A DNA stretch of 64,000 nucleotides, taken from IMG/VR virus record IMGVR_UViG_3300037419_002733; one strand, written 5' to 3'. The translations under genes and the position numbers were made by a program. Below are positions 1 to 9,581 of this stretch, in pieces. The stretch comes from an uncultured virus (IMG/VR IMGVR_UViG_3300037419_002733). Its lineage: Duplodnaviria; Heunggongvirae; Uroviricota; Caudoviricetes. The notes under the pieces are model-generated. The model did no database searches. It was not told the DNA's origin and was given only the letters and a program-made list of their open reading frames with translations. Position 1 is the stretch's first letter. Every line of letters starts with the position of its first letter.

Positions 1-1
1 G

Positions 2-2740
2 AAGCCTGATCTTGATGCCATCGAACCTGAAATTCAGGCGAAATGGCACGGGCTTTATGAGACTCTCCGGGAAATCCGCAAGGACAAGCCGCTCGTAGTC
101 GTCCACGACGGTCCTCCCTACGCCAACGGCGACATCCACTTCGGTCACATGTTCAACAAGGTGTTGAAGGATATCCTTGTCCGTTATCTCACGCTCTCGG
201 GATGCGATGCCCCTTTTGTGCCCGGCTGGGACTGCCACGGATTGCCGATCGAACACCGTGTCATGGAATATTTTGGCACTCAAGAAAATCTACTGACTGT
301 CAGAAAAGCTTGCCGGGTGACGGCTGGGCAGTGTCAGAAATCTCAAGCTAAGCAATTTCAGCGGCTTGGTCTCTTGGCGGATTGGTCCCATCCCTATCTG
401 ACGATGGACGAGAGTTACAAGCGGAAGGTGCTTGAGATACTCTCTCGCTTGGTCGATAAGGACCAGATCAAACGGGAGCTACGCCCCATCGCTTGGTGTC
501 CTCATGATGAGACGGCGTTGGCAGAGGCAGAACTCGAATATAAGGACGTTGAGAGCGATGCGTTCTATGTTGAATTCCCTGCTATCGGGTATCTTTCGGG
601 CGTCTCTTCTCCTTTCTCTTTCGTTGCATGGACCACGACACCATGGACGTTGCCGGGGAATGTGGCGCTTGCAGTTAATCCCGATCTCAAATACGTCTGC
701 GTCAAGATGCTCAAGTGCCAGCGACCAACGCACCGGGACGTATTTGTAGTTGAGGAATCTGCCGTTGCCAACCTGCTGGAACTGATGGATGTTGCCGACC
801 ACGAGATTCTCGGTGAATGCCTTGGGTCTGAGTTGGTCGGGAAGTCCTACTTAGCTCCGATGCCGTTCCGGTTCCTGGTTGATTCCCGAAAAGTGGTCGG
901 TGCCGATTTCGTGACGCAGGGAGTCGGTACTGGCGTGGTCCACATCGCCCCGGCACACGGACTCGACGACTACAAGCTCGCGATCGAACTCGGACTGACG
1001 ATCCTGGACAAGGTCGATGAAGCCGGTAAGTACAACATCCGCTGTTGTCCCGAGATCCACGGACAACATGTCAAGAAGAAGGAGACCCTGAAGGCATTGT
1101 CGTCCATGCTGGGTCGATGTCTCTGGCATCAGGAACGAATCACTCATTCCTATCCTCACTGCTGGCGATGTCACTATCCCACAATCACCCGTGCTACGCC
1201 CCAATGGTTCGTAGATCTGGACAAGAACGCCTTGAGGACAAAAGCCCTCAAGGCGATCTCCGAGACTACGTGGATTCCGGAGAACCTCCAGAACCGCATC
1301 GAGGGTATGGTCGAGTCTCGACCCAACTGGTGCATCAGCCGCCAGCGGCATTGGGGCATCAAGATCCCTGCGTTCCACTGCCACAACTGCAATCAATCCT
1401 TCTTGACCAAAGAGGTGATCCGGGTTGCCATCGAGGAAGGCGACGACTGGTGGCGTGACATCGAGACCAAGAATCACTGCTGGTGTCCGAATTGCGAAAA
1501 GGATGACATCAGCGCCGATGCCGACATCTTGGATGTCTGGTTCGAGTCCGGCTCAAGCTTCGCCTCTGTGGTCCCTTCGGGGGCTGAGAAGGTCATTTAC
1601 ATCGAGGGGAGCGACCAGCATCGAGGCTGGTTCCAGTCGTCCCTGCTCTTGGGAACGGCTCTGAACAACAGGGCACCATTCGATACGGTCATCACGCATG
1701 GCTGGGTCGTGGACGAGTCGGGCAAGAAGTTCAGCAAGTCCAAGGGAGCTCCTCCGGTCATCGAGACCTTGGGCAAATTCGGTGCCGATGTCATTCGGCT
1801 GTTTATCGCATCCCAGGATTACACCGATGACTTGCGGGTCGACGACAAGTTGCTGACGACCGCTCAGGATGTCTATCGGAAGATCCGCAATACCTTCCGC
1901 TTCATCCTCGGGAACATGGATAGGGCGTGGAAGAATACCGATTCCCGTCCGGAGATCACCAGCCAGATCGATTTCCACATGTTGACTCGGCTCAACGACT
2001 TGATTGGTGAGGTCAAGAAAGCGTACGATTCCTATCGTTTCTATCACGTTTATCATCTGGTTTACAATTTTTGCGTGGTAGACCTGAGCAGTGTCTACTT
2101 CGATGTGGTCAAGGACCGTCTGTACGCGGACGACTTGGATTCGCCCTCGGGAAATTCGGTTCGCTGGGTATTGAGGACGATCTACGAGACCCTGGCTCGG
2201 CTCATCTCACCAATCCTTCCGCATACTGCTGAGGAGTTGTGGTCTTACAGGTCCAAAGGATTGGGAGTGGACCACAAGAGTATCTTCCTGGAGACCTTCC
2301 CTCAGCCAATTGCCACCGACGAGCGCCGGGAATTGCCATGGGATACTATCTTTAAGTTGAGGGAGCGGATTTTCGCCGAGATCGAAAAGCTACGATCGGA
2401 GAAGGTGATCCGGACCAATGAAGAAGTCTGGGTCATTTTGGGGACGAAGCAGGAAAATATTTTGACGGCGGTCGAAAATCTGGAGATCATTCGGGACCTG
2501 TGTAAGGTTGCCGATGTTTTCTGGATTCCCGACCCGGTCGTCTCCGATGGGTTCTCGGTGGAGGTCCAGAAAACTAAGTATGCCAAGTGCGAGCGGTGCT
2601 GGCGATATCGGTACGAGGTGGAGAAGAACCCCGAACGCCTCTGTACACGATGCTCCCTCGTCATGGCAGGCAGGAACGGTTCTCGACCAAAGGAAATTAT
2701 TGGTGAGCAAGAACAAAAGCAAGAAGCTAGAAGTGCTTGA
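2..2740 (+). CDS. ileS: Isoleucyl-tRNA synthetase (5'-truncated by window edge)
   Basis: Frame open from base 2. Motifs: HDGPPYANGDIHFGH (HIGH), GWDCHGLPIE, WTTTPWTLP editing domain, GTGVVHIAPAHG, WCISRQRHWG, EGSDQHRGWFQ, KFSKS (KMSKS), C-terminal CERC..CTRC zinc finger. Confidence 0.97.
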   Translation, partial: KPDLDAIEPEIQAKWHGLYETLREIRKDKPLVVVHDGPPYANGDIHFGHMFNKVLKDILVRYLTLSGCDAPFVPGWDCHGLPIEHRVMEYFGTQENLLTVRKACRVTAGQCQKSQAKQFQRLGLLADWSHPYLTMDESYKRKVLEILSRLVDKDQIKRELRPIAWCPHDETALAEAELEYKDVESDAFYVEFPAIGYLSGVSSPFSFVAWTTTPWTLPGNVALAVNPDLKYVCVKMLKCQRPTHRDVFVVEESAVANLLELMDVADHEILGECLGSELVGKSYLAPMPFRFLVDSRKVVGADFVTQGVGTGVVHIAPAHGLDDYKLAIELGLTILDKVDEAGKYNIRCCPEIHGQHVKKKETLKALSSMLGRCLWHQERITHSYPHCWRCHYPTITRATPQWFVDLDKNALRTKALKAISETTWIPENLQNRIEGMVESRPNWCISRQRHWGIKIPAFHCHNCNQSFLTKEVIRVAIEEGDDWWRDIETKNHCWCPNCEKDDISADADILDVWFESGSSFASVVPSGAEKVIYIEGSDQHRGWFQSSLLLGTALNNRAPFDTVITHGWVVDESGKKFSKSKGAPPVIETLGKFGADVIRLFIASQDYTDDLRVDDKLLTTAQDVYRKIRNTFRFILGNMDRAWKNTDSRPEITSQIDFHMLTRLNDLIGEVKKAYDSYRFYHVYHLVYNFCVVDLSSVYFDVVKDRLYADDLDSPSGNSVRWVLRTIYETLARLISPILPHTAEELWSYRSKGLGVDHKSIFLETFPQPIATDERRELPWDTIFKLRERIFAEIEKLRSEKVIRTNEEVWVILGTKQENILTAVENLEIIRDLCKVADVFWIPDPVVSDGFSVEVQKTKYAKCERCWRYRYEVEKNPERLCTRCSLVMAGRNGSRPKEIIGEQEQKQEARSA

Positions 2741-2886
2741 TCTCACGGAATATCATTGTGCTTGCTGCAAGGAGACGTTCTACGCCCAATATGGAGTCGT
2801 AGAACGTTGTCTCCAATGCGGCAGTACAACTGAAGTTGATTCTGTAAGGCATGTAACAGCCAAGGTAGAAAAGGAATGGGGATATC

Positions 2887-3162
2887 ATGGATAAAGGATT
2901 GGTCTTTCGTCGTATTGTTCTAGGACCAGAGCATCAGCCAACTGGTGCGGTTCGGCATATTGTCGGCGGGGAAGAAGCTCCAAGACCATATGAATTGAGA
3001 ATCGAACGGTATAGCTGGGATGATCGCGAGTATTATTTGGTTCACTATGATGAGTCGGGCGATGAGATCACGGATACGCATCATGATTCTCTGGAACAGG
3101 CTCTTGCCCAAGCAGAGCTTGAATTCAATATCAAGCCCGATAGTTGGGAAGTGTTGATATGA
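2887..3162 (+). CDS. Hypothetical protein
   Basis: ATG overlapping upstream small ORF; coding-like 91 aa. Confidence 0.7.
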   Translation: MDKGLVFRRIVLGPEHQPTGAVRHIVGGEEAPRPYELRIERYSWDDREYYLVHYDESGDEITDTHHDSLEQALAQAELEFNIKPDSWEVLI

Positions 3163-3187
3163 TTATAATTTTTAAGGATTGAATTTC

Positions 3188-4255
3188 ATGGACAGTAATA
3201 ATTTCTTAAATCCAAGAGCATGGATAGGATCAGTGGGAATAGGTGGCGTTAGCCCAACAAAAATTTCGACGACCGACTCTGTTTTGCCACTTCTGCCCGG
3301 TCCCGACACATCAGTATGGGACGCTACGTCCACATTCGATGAGCGACTCCATGAGATAGCCCGAATTCGTTGCTATGATCGTTGGCAAGATACAGGCATG
3401 CTTCATGGATTGGACAGGGAAGATGGTCGGACCATGGCGATGGTCTTGGAGAACCAGAGAATTTTCAACGAGGTTGAGACGCAAACAGCAATGGACCCCG
3501 GAATGCGACGTATATCAATCGCAGTTGTACGTCGAGCCATGGCTATGATTTTTGCTGAGAAATGGCTTCCGGTCTATCCATCCACGAGTCCTCTGTCGTT
3601 AATCTACTACTGGCGGCATAGGACCAATGAAGATGGCAAAAGCATTTGGGCCAAAGAATCAGAATCGATCGTGACAAGTTTCACCAAATATGGAGAAACG
3701 TACGAAAACGTAATTGCTGGAGGACCGGATTATGCTGCCGATCTTGCCAAAGACCTGGCTGAATCCGTACTGAGTCGGGCAGCACTCAATATCGCAAGCA
3801 ATGTTGACACGTATGTCGACCGATCTCGCAATGCATCCCCACTCGAAGCCTGTATAATGCTTCGTGAAGCCATTGCCGAGAAGGTCCTTATAAATAAATC
3901 AGAGAAGGGGTTCTTCTGGGCTCTTGTTCCCGAAACTCATCCCGATGACGATTTCGACCGCGATAAATTGGTCCCACAGTTGCAGAATATGGGAATCCAT
4001 GTCCAGCGGCGTGAATTCGAGAAACTCTATAACTTTGAAGATTGGGAGCGATACTACAACCGACCAAGTTTCAAGGTGAATGGGGTCCTTATGGGATTTC
4101 GCGGAGAACACCCCGGTTATAATGGGTATGTTTCGTCGCCCTATATTCCGGTAACAAGGCAAAACGACCGGTTCGTCATGCGATGGGGAGATCGGTTACT
4201 CGGTGAGGGGTCAAAGTTTTACGGTCTCGCTGCGTTGCGAAAGTTGGGAAATTGA
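3188..4255 (+). CDS. Diverged T4 gp23/gp24-like capsid protein homolog
   Basis: WQDTGMLHGL..MAMVLENQ..ISIAVVRRAM..PSTSPLSLIYY and GYVSSPYIP..MRWG..FYG resemble gp23 N- and C-terminal motifs. Confidence 0.7.
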   Translation: MDSNNFLNPRAWIGSVGIGGVSPTKISTTDSVLPLLPGPDTSVWDATSTFDERLHEIARIRCYDRWQDTGMLHGLDREDGRTMAMVLENQRIFNEVETQTAMDPGMRRISIAVVRRAMAMIFAEKWLPVYPSTSPLSLIYYWRHRTNEDGKSIWAKESESIVTSFTKYGETYENVIAGGPDYAADLAKDLAESVLSRAALNIASNVDTYVDRSRNASPLEACIMLREAIAEKVLINKSEKGFFWALVPETHPDDDFDRDKLVPQLQNMGIHVQRREFEKLYNFEDWERYYNRPSFKVNGVLMGFRGEHPGYNGYVSSPYIPVTRQNDRFVMRWGDRLLGEGSKFYGLAALRKLGN

Positions 4256-4262
4256 TCAGTCT

Positions 4263-4302
4263 ATGAGAGGGATTGATTCATCCCTCTCATGTTTTTCTTT
4301 TC
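4263..4302 (+). terminator. Intrinsic terminator-like hairpin
   Basis: ATGAGAGGGAT-6nt-ATCCCTCTCAT (11-bp stem) followed by a T-rich tract. Confidence 0.7.
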
Positions 4303-4313
4303 AGGAGTTGAAA

Positions 4314-4658
4314 ATGTTGTAGATTGAGAATCATGATCCGTACGTTTACGTCTTGGTCCGTAAAGACCAGAGTTATGGACAAATCGTTGTCCAGGCTGGG
4401 CATGCCGCCATCGAGGCTGCACGTCATTTCGTCCCGCCCGACCTCTCCCATCCTTTCCTGATTGCCTGCGGCGTCAAGAACGAAGCCCAACTGCTCCGCG
4501 AGCAGGAACGCCTCGAATCGCTCGGCATCCGCACCAAACTCTTCCGCGAACCCGATATCGGTCACATCGCCACCGCCCTGGCTACAGAGCCAGTCTACGG
4601 CGAGCAACGTCGTCATTTTCGAAAATACCAACTGCTGAGGCTCTCACACGTCGCTTAA
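4314..4658 (+). CDS. Pth2-like peptidyl-tRNA hydrolase with in-frame TAG at codon 3
   Basis: AGGAG 6 nt before ATG TTG TAG, continuing in frame to YVYVLVRKD..QIVVQAGHAA..FREPDIG..TALATEP (phage Pth2-like signature). Confidence 0.85.
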
Positions 4659-4667
4659 TTTTTATCT

Positions 4668-4703
4668 TAATGTGAAACCTAAAATATTTTAGGTTTCACA
4701 TTA
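4668..4703. repeat. 36-bp perfect palindrome
   Basis: TAATGTGAAACCTAAAAT/ATTTTAGGTTTCACATTA between the Pth2-like gene and the groES promoter. Confidence 0.9.
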
Positions 4704-4714
4704 GGATTATTTTA

Positions 4715-4743
4715 TTGACACTATTTTAAAATTATGATATAAC
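4715..4743 (+). promoter_or_regulatory. sigma70-type promoter
   Basis: TTGACA-17nt-TATAAC upstream of groES-like gene. Confidence 0.65.
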
Positions 4744-4797
4744 ACCTTCGCACTAACACCAATTTAAATAAAATAATCTCTAGTAGGAGTTTGGAGA

Positions 4798-5247
4798 ATG
4801 TCGGAAATTATCTTTAATGGTTCGAGTAAGTTGGATTTGAGCATGGTTCCCGCTCCGGTGGTCAAGGCAGCCCCCAAGGTGACGGGCATCCATCCCACCG
4901 GCTCTTTGATTATGGTTGAGTTCTTGACGGCACAGGAGATCCAGGGTGGGTCGATCCTCCTCGGCAACGACACCGAGATCGAAGGACCGCCTCAGGGCTA
5001 CGTCCTGGAAGTCGGACCGAGCCTCCCCGAGTCCAGCGGGATCAAGGTCGGGCAGCGAGTCATCGTCCAGGGTCGTGGCGTTGGTCCTCTCCCTGATTTC
5101 GACGGGAGCAACAAGGAGCGAATGCTGGTCGAGTTCTCGATGATCAAGGCGATCCTCGACGAGGCGAAGCCTTGCTGCCAGGGTAAGAGGGCTGAGACCG
5201 TCGAAGCCGCATCGCATTGTTGCTCGTCTAAGGTTGTGGTGGGCTAA
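4798..5247 (+). CDS. groES: GroES/Cpn10-like co-chaperonin
   Basis: IHPTGSLIMVE..GGSILL..QGYVLEVGP..IKVGQRVI..IKAIL. Confidence 0.8.
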   Translation: MSEIIFNGSSKLDLSMVPAPVVKAAPKVTGIHPTGSLIMVEFLTAQEIQGGSILLGNDTEIEGPPQGYVLEVGPSLPESSGIKVGQRVIVQGRGVGPLPDFDGSNKERMLVEFSMIKAILDEAKPCCQGKRAETVEAASHCCSSKVVVG

Positions 5248-5251
5248 TTAA

Positions 5252-5587
5252 ATGAATGATGAAAATCAAGTATGGGTTGTTCTCTGGAATGACACATTGA
5301 TGTTCGCCGAGGGTCTTTCGGTAGACTCAGCAATTAATGGGGTTTTCCGAACCCTCGACAGCGCCAAAGCTAAGGTAGTCGAATTGCTCAAGGATGACGA
5401 CGATGATGACTCGGATGACGACACCTTCGACGGCGATGATTCCGACTATGACTTCGATGGTGATGACTCGGATGACGACGATGAAAACGAAGATTATACT
5501 TTCGAAACAGAAGATGATGGAACCGTCATGGTGATCTCGCCTCTGGGCGAACTCATTTACTGCATCGTTCCACAAACAATTGACTAA
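5252..5587 (+). CDS. Highly acidic hypothetical protein
   Basis: 111 aa with long poly-Asp tract. Confidence 0.7.
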   Translation: MNDENQVWVVLWNDTLMFAEGLSVDSAINGVFRTLDSAKAKVVELLKDDDDDDSDDDTFDGDDSDYDFDGDDSDDDDENEDYTFETEDDGTVMVISPLGELIYCIVPQTID

Positions 5588-5630
5588 TTGTCTTTTGGTC
5601 TGCTAAGTATTACACTAGTATCTTTCAAAC

Positions 5631-5677
5631 ACAAAATATCCCTAGGTAGACCACGAGTCTACCTAGGGATATTTTGT
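5631..5677. terminator. Bidirectional terminator between convergent genes
   Basis: 21-bp perfect stem, 5-nt loop (ACAAAATATCCCTAGGTAGAC/GTCTACCTAGGGATATTTTGT). Confidence 0.8.
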
Positions 5678-5923
5678 TCACTTAGTGGCGAGCCAGTTCA
5701 ACAGGTCGTTGACATTCAGTTCGCCGAACTCCTTCCGGATCACCTCGATCGCCACCTCGGCGAGGTTGCCGCTCTGGTCCAGCAGGATCGGGAAGGCAAT
5801 CTTCATCCCCTGGCGAGCGAATATGCCGCCAGAACTCTCGATAATCTGGTCTTTGTGAGCGAGTAATGCCTCGCGAATCGCCCCCTCGACCTTGACCGAC
5901 AATGCATCGCTGTTGAAGCTCAT
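5678..5923 (-). CDS. Hypothetical protein
   Basis: GGAGG before ATG (MSFNSDALSVK...). Confidence 0.65.
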   Translation of the reverse strand: MSFNSDALSVKVEGAIREALLAHKDQIIESSGGIFARQGMKIAFPILLDQSGNLAEVAIEVIRKEFGELNVNDLLNWLATK

Positions 5924-5987
5924 CAGAAATCCTCCAGTACGTGACCACCACCCTTTTGAAAGCAAAGTTTCCCGCCATAAATATGGT

Positions 5988-6662
5988 ATGCCACACTACA
6001 AGATAATCGCGACTTCCTCTTGGGAATTCGAAGCCATCGGATCGCTCGAATCGATTACGGAGCAAGCGCGTAAATTGGTAAACAATGTAATCGCCCCAAG
6101 TCCCCAAGGCGAGGATTACAGGAACTTTGGCATTCAAATGGAGTTGGTGCCCCTCAAGGACAAGTCATCTTCGGTCAATCAACTAAAAACATTTACACCC
6201 GAACAGGTTTTCTCATGGATCACCGACAGCCAAGAAAAGACCTTGATTAGGATTGCGGAAAATGTTTATGAGGTTAAAATGAACTCGGATCGCTACCGCC
6301 TCTTTCAGCAGAATCCGACCTGCGTATCTTGTGGTTTGACAGGCAACAAATTTATCCTCGAAAATCCTCCCGGCGAATTCACCGCGCATTTCAACTTCTA
6401 CGCCGAAGAAGATGGTCGAAATGTCCTCATGACCAAGGATCATATCAAGGCAAAGTCTTATGGTGGTGCCGATTCGCTCGATAATTACCAAACGATGTGT
6501 CAACATTGCAATGCCATTAAGGCAAGTTTTCCCTTGAGCAATGATTCTGTGAGAAAACTACGGGAGATACTGAAGAACAAGGAATGTCTCGGAACCAAAG
6601 AGTTGAGGAAGAAGATCAATCAGACCCGATTGTTGCTTCTGGATAGCCTTACAGGTCAATAA
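5988..6662 (+). CDS. HNH endonuclease
   Basis: CVSC..TKDHIKAKSYGGADSLDNYQTMCQHCN. Confidence 0.9.
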   Translation: MPHYKIIATSSWEFEAIGSLESITEQARKLVNNVIAPSPQGEDYRNFGIQMELVPLKDKSSSVNQLKTFTPEQVFSWITDSQEKTLIRIAENVYEVKMNSDRYRLFQQNPTCVSCGLTGNKFILENPPGEFTAHFNFYAEEDGRNVLMTKDHIKAKSYGGADSLDNYQTMCQHCNAIKASFPLSNDSVRKLREILKNKECLGTKELRKKINQTRLLLLDSLTGQ

Positions 6663-6686
6663 TATTTTTTCAAATGGATTGGAACG

Positions 6687-7097
6687 ATGAGATATTTCTC
6701 AAAAGGGACTTTGAGAAAGAGTCCGGTATCGCAGTCGAAGACGCCAACCCCGCAGGCACGATGGTGGTTGGTCGTCGATCTCCAAGACGATCTCGGGAAA
6801 TACTATAGACACATGTACAATTGGCATTTCCGTGCCCATGCCCAACTGATTCGTCCCGCCTGGTCTGAACATATCACAGTTGTCCGCAATGAGGAACCTC
6901 CCAATAAACTCATGTGGGACCTAATCACCTCTGAAATTATCACCTTTGAATACAGCACAGAAATGGAAACCGACGGCAAGCACGTCTGGCTGCCGGTTTG
7001 GTGCGATGCTTTGCTTGGTCTGAGAGGAAGTCTCGGACTGAAACGAGACCCGCTATTTCCATTGCATCTTACGATTGGTGTGGTTCCTGGGGATTAA
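6687..7097 (+). CDS. 2H phosphoesterase family protein (Acb1/gp57B-like fold)
   Basis: Two HxT motifs, HITVV and HLTIG, about 68 aa apart. Confidence 0.75.
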   Translation: MRYFSKGTLRKSPVSQSKTPTPQARWWLVVDLQDDLGKYYRHMYNWHFRAHAQLIRPAWSEHITVVRNEEPPNKLMWDLITSEIITFEYSTEMETDGKHVWLPVWCDALLGLRGSLGLKRDPLFPLHLTIGVVPGD

Positions 7098-7159
7098 TGC
7101 CTCTATATAACTCATAGCTGTGTATATACCTCCTAGAAGGAGTATTTTAGGAGGCACAT

Positions 7160-7618
7160 ATGGGTTTTTGGACATCTGTTCGTCCTTACTTAATTACATT
7201 AATGATTTGTGGGGCAATTCTTGGTCATGGGTGGTTTGCCACTCATCCCAATCCATTCGGTCCCACTCCGCCACAGCCACATCCTGATCCGGTAATCCCG
7301 GTCGCAACGATTGTTTCCGACGAAGAGGCGCATGCTTGGGCAAAGGCATTGCTCAAGTCCTACTCCGACAGCGGTCTCACCTCGGAAACCGAATTGAAAG
7401 CCAAGGTCGGTTTCGGCGACGTTCAGAAGCACCTGGAAGAGAACTTCAAGTCTCGACGCCAGGAAGCGTTCACCGGTCTATTCAATGGTAAGATTACGGC
7501 AAAAATTCCGGCTGGCACGACCAATCCGACCCAAGAGCAGGTGGATTGGATGGCTGGCTTCATGGGTGAACTGAGCAGGAAGGTAGGTGATATTAGCAAT
7601 AAAATGGGGGCTAAGTAA
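7160..7618 (+). CDS. Membrane-anchored/secreted hypothetical protein
   Basis: AGGAGG RBS; N-terminal hydrophobic helix plus Pro-rich linker. Confidence 0.75.
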   Translation: MGFWTSVRPYLITLMICGAILGHGWFATHPNPFGPTPPQPHPDPVIPVATIVSDEEAHAWAKALLKSYSDSGLTSETELKAKVGFGDVQKHLEENFKSRRQEAFTGLFNGKITAKIPAGTTNPTQEQVDWMAGFMGELSRKVGDISNKMGAK

Positions 7619-8544
7619 TGGACATCAATTCTCTTTGTGGATATGTGCCGAATCCTCTCGGCAACGCGCAAATCCTCGCAAGCATGCCTTACCCTCTTTT
7701 CGGTCAGGCTGCTCCTAACTTAATGAACGTCCAGCAGAAGGATGTTTATCTCTACAAGGCATGGAAGGATGCCTTGGGCAGCTACCCTCATTATGTCGCT
7801 CAGCAGATTGGAGACTGTACTTCAATGGGTAGCGGTCACGGAGTTGACCTTCTCCAGGCTGTACAGATGGTGATCGGCAAGCAGAATGAGACCTGGAAAG
7901 AGACCTCTACCGAGGCTCTCTACGGCGTGGGTCGAGAGATCGCCGGGATGTTGGGCAGCAACGGCGACGGTTGCTACGGTGGCGCTCTCGCCAAAGCCGT
8001 CACGACGACCGGCGTAATCCCCCGCGAGGTGGTCGGTGCCTATAGCGGGCAGCGTGCCAAGACCTGGGGCTACCAGGGGACTCCGAGCGACGTCAAGCAG
8101 AAGATGAGGGAACACCTCGTCAAGACTGCCTCTTTGGTCTCGACCTGGACCGAATTGGTTGCCGCTCTCTCTAACGGCTATCCCGTAGTCGTCTGCAGCA
8201 ACCAGGGCTTCCAGCTTCGCCGCAACAATGTCGGGATTGCCGAGGCTCAAGGGTCTTGGAGTCACTGCATGCTGATCGTCGGTATTATGTACACGGGAAG
8301 CCGTGATGAGTGTGCGGTCATCGCCAATAGCTGGGGTGACGACGCCTGCCAGGGTCCTACCCCGAACGACATGCCGCCGTTCTGCTTCGGAGCCAGGAGA
8401 AATGTCGTGGAGAACATGCTTGCGATGCGGGACTCTTGGGCTTATTCGACCTTCGACGGATACCCCGGCAATAACTTGCCGTCGAACTGGACCGTGGGCG
8501 GTTGGGCAGGAATGACCGAAGTTGAAGTTGAAGAGTTCAACTGA
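7618..8544 (+). CDS. Papain-like (C1) cysteine peptidase
   Basis: QQIGDCTSMG (Gln/Cys), WSHCM (His), IANSWG (Asn). Confidence 0.85.
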   Translation: MDINSLCGYVPNPLGNAQILASMPYPLFGQAAPNLMNVQQKDVYLYKAWKDALGSYPHYVAQQIGDCTSMGSGHGVDLLQAVQMVIGKQNETWKETSTEALYGVGREIAGMLGSNGDGCYGGALAKAVTTTGVIPREVVGAYSGQRAKTWGYQGTPSDVKQKMREHLVKTASLVSTWTELVAALSNGYPVVVCSNQGFQLRRNNVGIAEAQGSWSHCMLIVGIMYTGSRDECAVIANSWGDDACQGPTPNDMPPFCFGARRNVVENMLAMRDSWAYSTFDGYPGNNLPSNWTVGGWAGMTEVEVEEFN

Positions 8545-8568
8545 TATCTGAGACGTGAATAGTTAAAC

Positions 8569-8599
8569 AAAAAAAGCCCGGTTTTAACCGGGCTTTTTT
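8569..8599. terminator. Bidirectional intrinsic terminator
   Basis: AAAAAAGCCCGGTT-TT-AACCGGGCTTTTTT between convergent genes. Confidence 0.9.
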
Positions 8600-8882
8600 C
8601 ACTGCTTGATCAATGTTCCCTCGCCTGCCCACCCGAGACCTCCATCGAATTCAATTAAACAATGACGGACTCTGATAATGCCCAAATCTTTGTAGATATC
8701 GTCTAGTTTGCTGTAATCGACATCTAATTCGCGAACGTCGATTACTGTTCCCGTTCCTTGGAATACACATGTCTTTTGTTGTTCTTGCTTCCAGTCGCCA
8801 TTCCAGGGAACGTCAGCTAACCACAATCCTGCAGGACACTTGGGTATGACTTTGTTTCCGATCTTGATTGGCATCTCGGTCC

Positions 8883-9581
8883 TCAAATATTCACTTTGAA
8901 GTAGGAGTAGGTGGGGGGTGGGGCAAGAATTCCATCGGAAGCGAGCAGGTTATTGATTTGGTCACCGAGGTATCGACCGCTAACTTCGGCATCTGCCTTG
9001 GAGTTGCGCACAGCGGTCACGAATTCCAGTTGGAGGGCAGAGACGCGAGGATAGAAAGGTCGCCACATCTGGAGCAGGTTGTTCATGTCCCAACCGGCGA
9101 ATCGGCTCCCGGCATTCGCTATCGCGGGCAGCCAAAGCATGTCCTTCTCGATGAGCCAGGTGAAGAGTTCTCGGGTCGATTTCTTACAAGTGATTCGCTG
9201 AGGCTTGCCGTCCCCGCAGCCCATGACGACACTCAGGTTCTCGCCGGTCTTCTTCCGAATGTCGTTTCCGCAACCATGAACATGAAAGACATATATCTTG
9301 GGATTCTTGGTCGTCAACCGGTTGACCATACCGATGATGGGGTCGTAGAACTCGTCCTTGACCACATTATGCTTGGCATGCTTGATGTTATTACAATTCG
9401 CCTTGTCATTTAGGACATCGACCGTCGCGTCTCGTTCCCAGCCGCGATTGATGACGGCGTTGCCGCCGCACTCCAACGCAGCATACTCGGTCATGATGTC
9501 TGTGTTCGTGTCGTCAAAGCCGTGAGGGGCAATGAGAATGACAGGATTCTTCCCGTGGACCACACTAACTCGTTCTGCCAT
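8883..9581 (-). CDS. Zn-dependent amidohydrolase-like protein (N-formylglutamate amidohydrolase/PghP-like)
   Basis: VILIAPHG..DxNT..FHVHGC..LQLE; GGAG RBS. Confidence 0.6.
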   Translation of the reverse strand: MAERVSVVHGKNPVILIAPHGFDDTNTDIMTEYAALECGGNAVINRGWERDATVDVLNDKANCNNIKHAKHNVVKDEFYDPIIGMVNRLTTKNPKIYVFHVHGCGNDIRKKTGENLSVVMGCGDGKPQRITCKKSTRELFTWLIEKDMLWLPAIANAGSRFAGWDMNNLLQMWRPFYPRVSALQLEFVTAVRNSKADAEVSGRYLGDQINNLLASDGILAPPPTYSYFKVNI

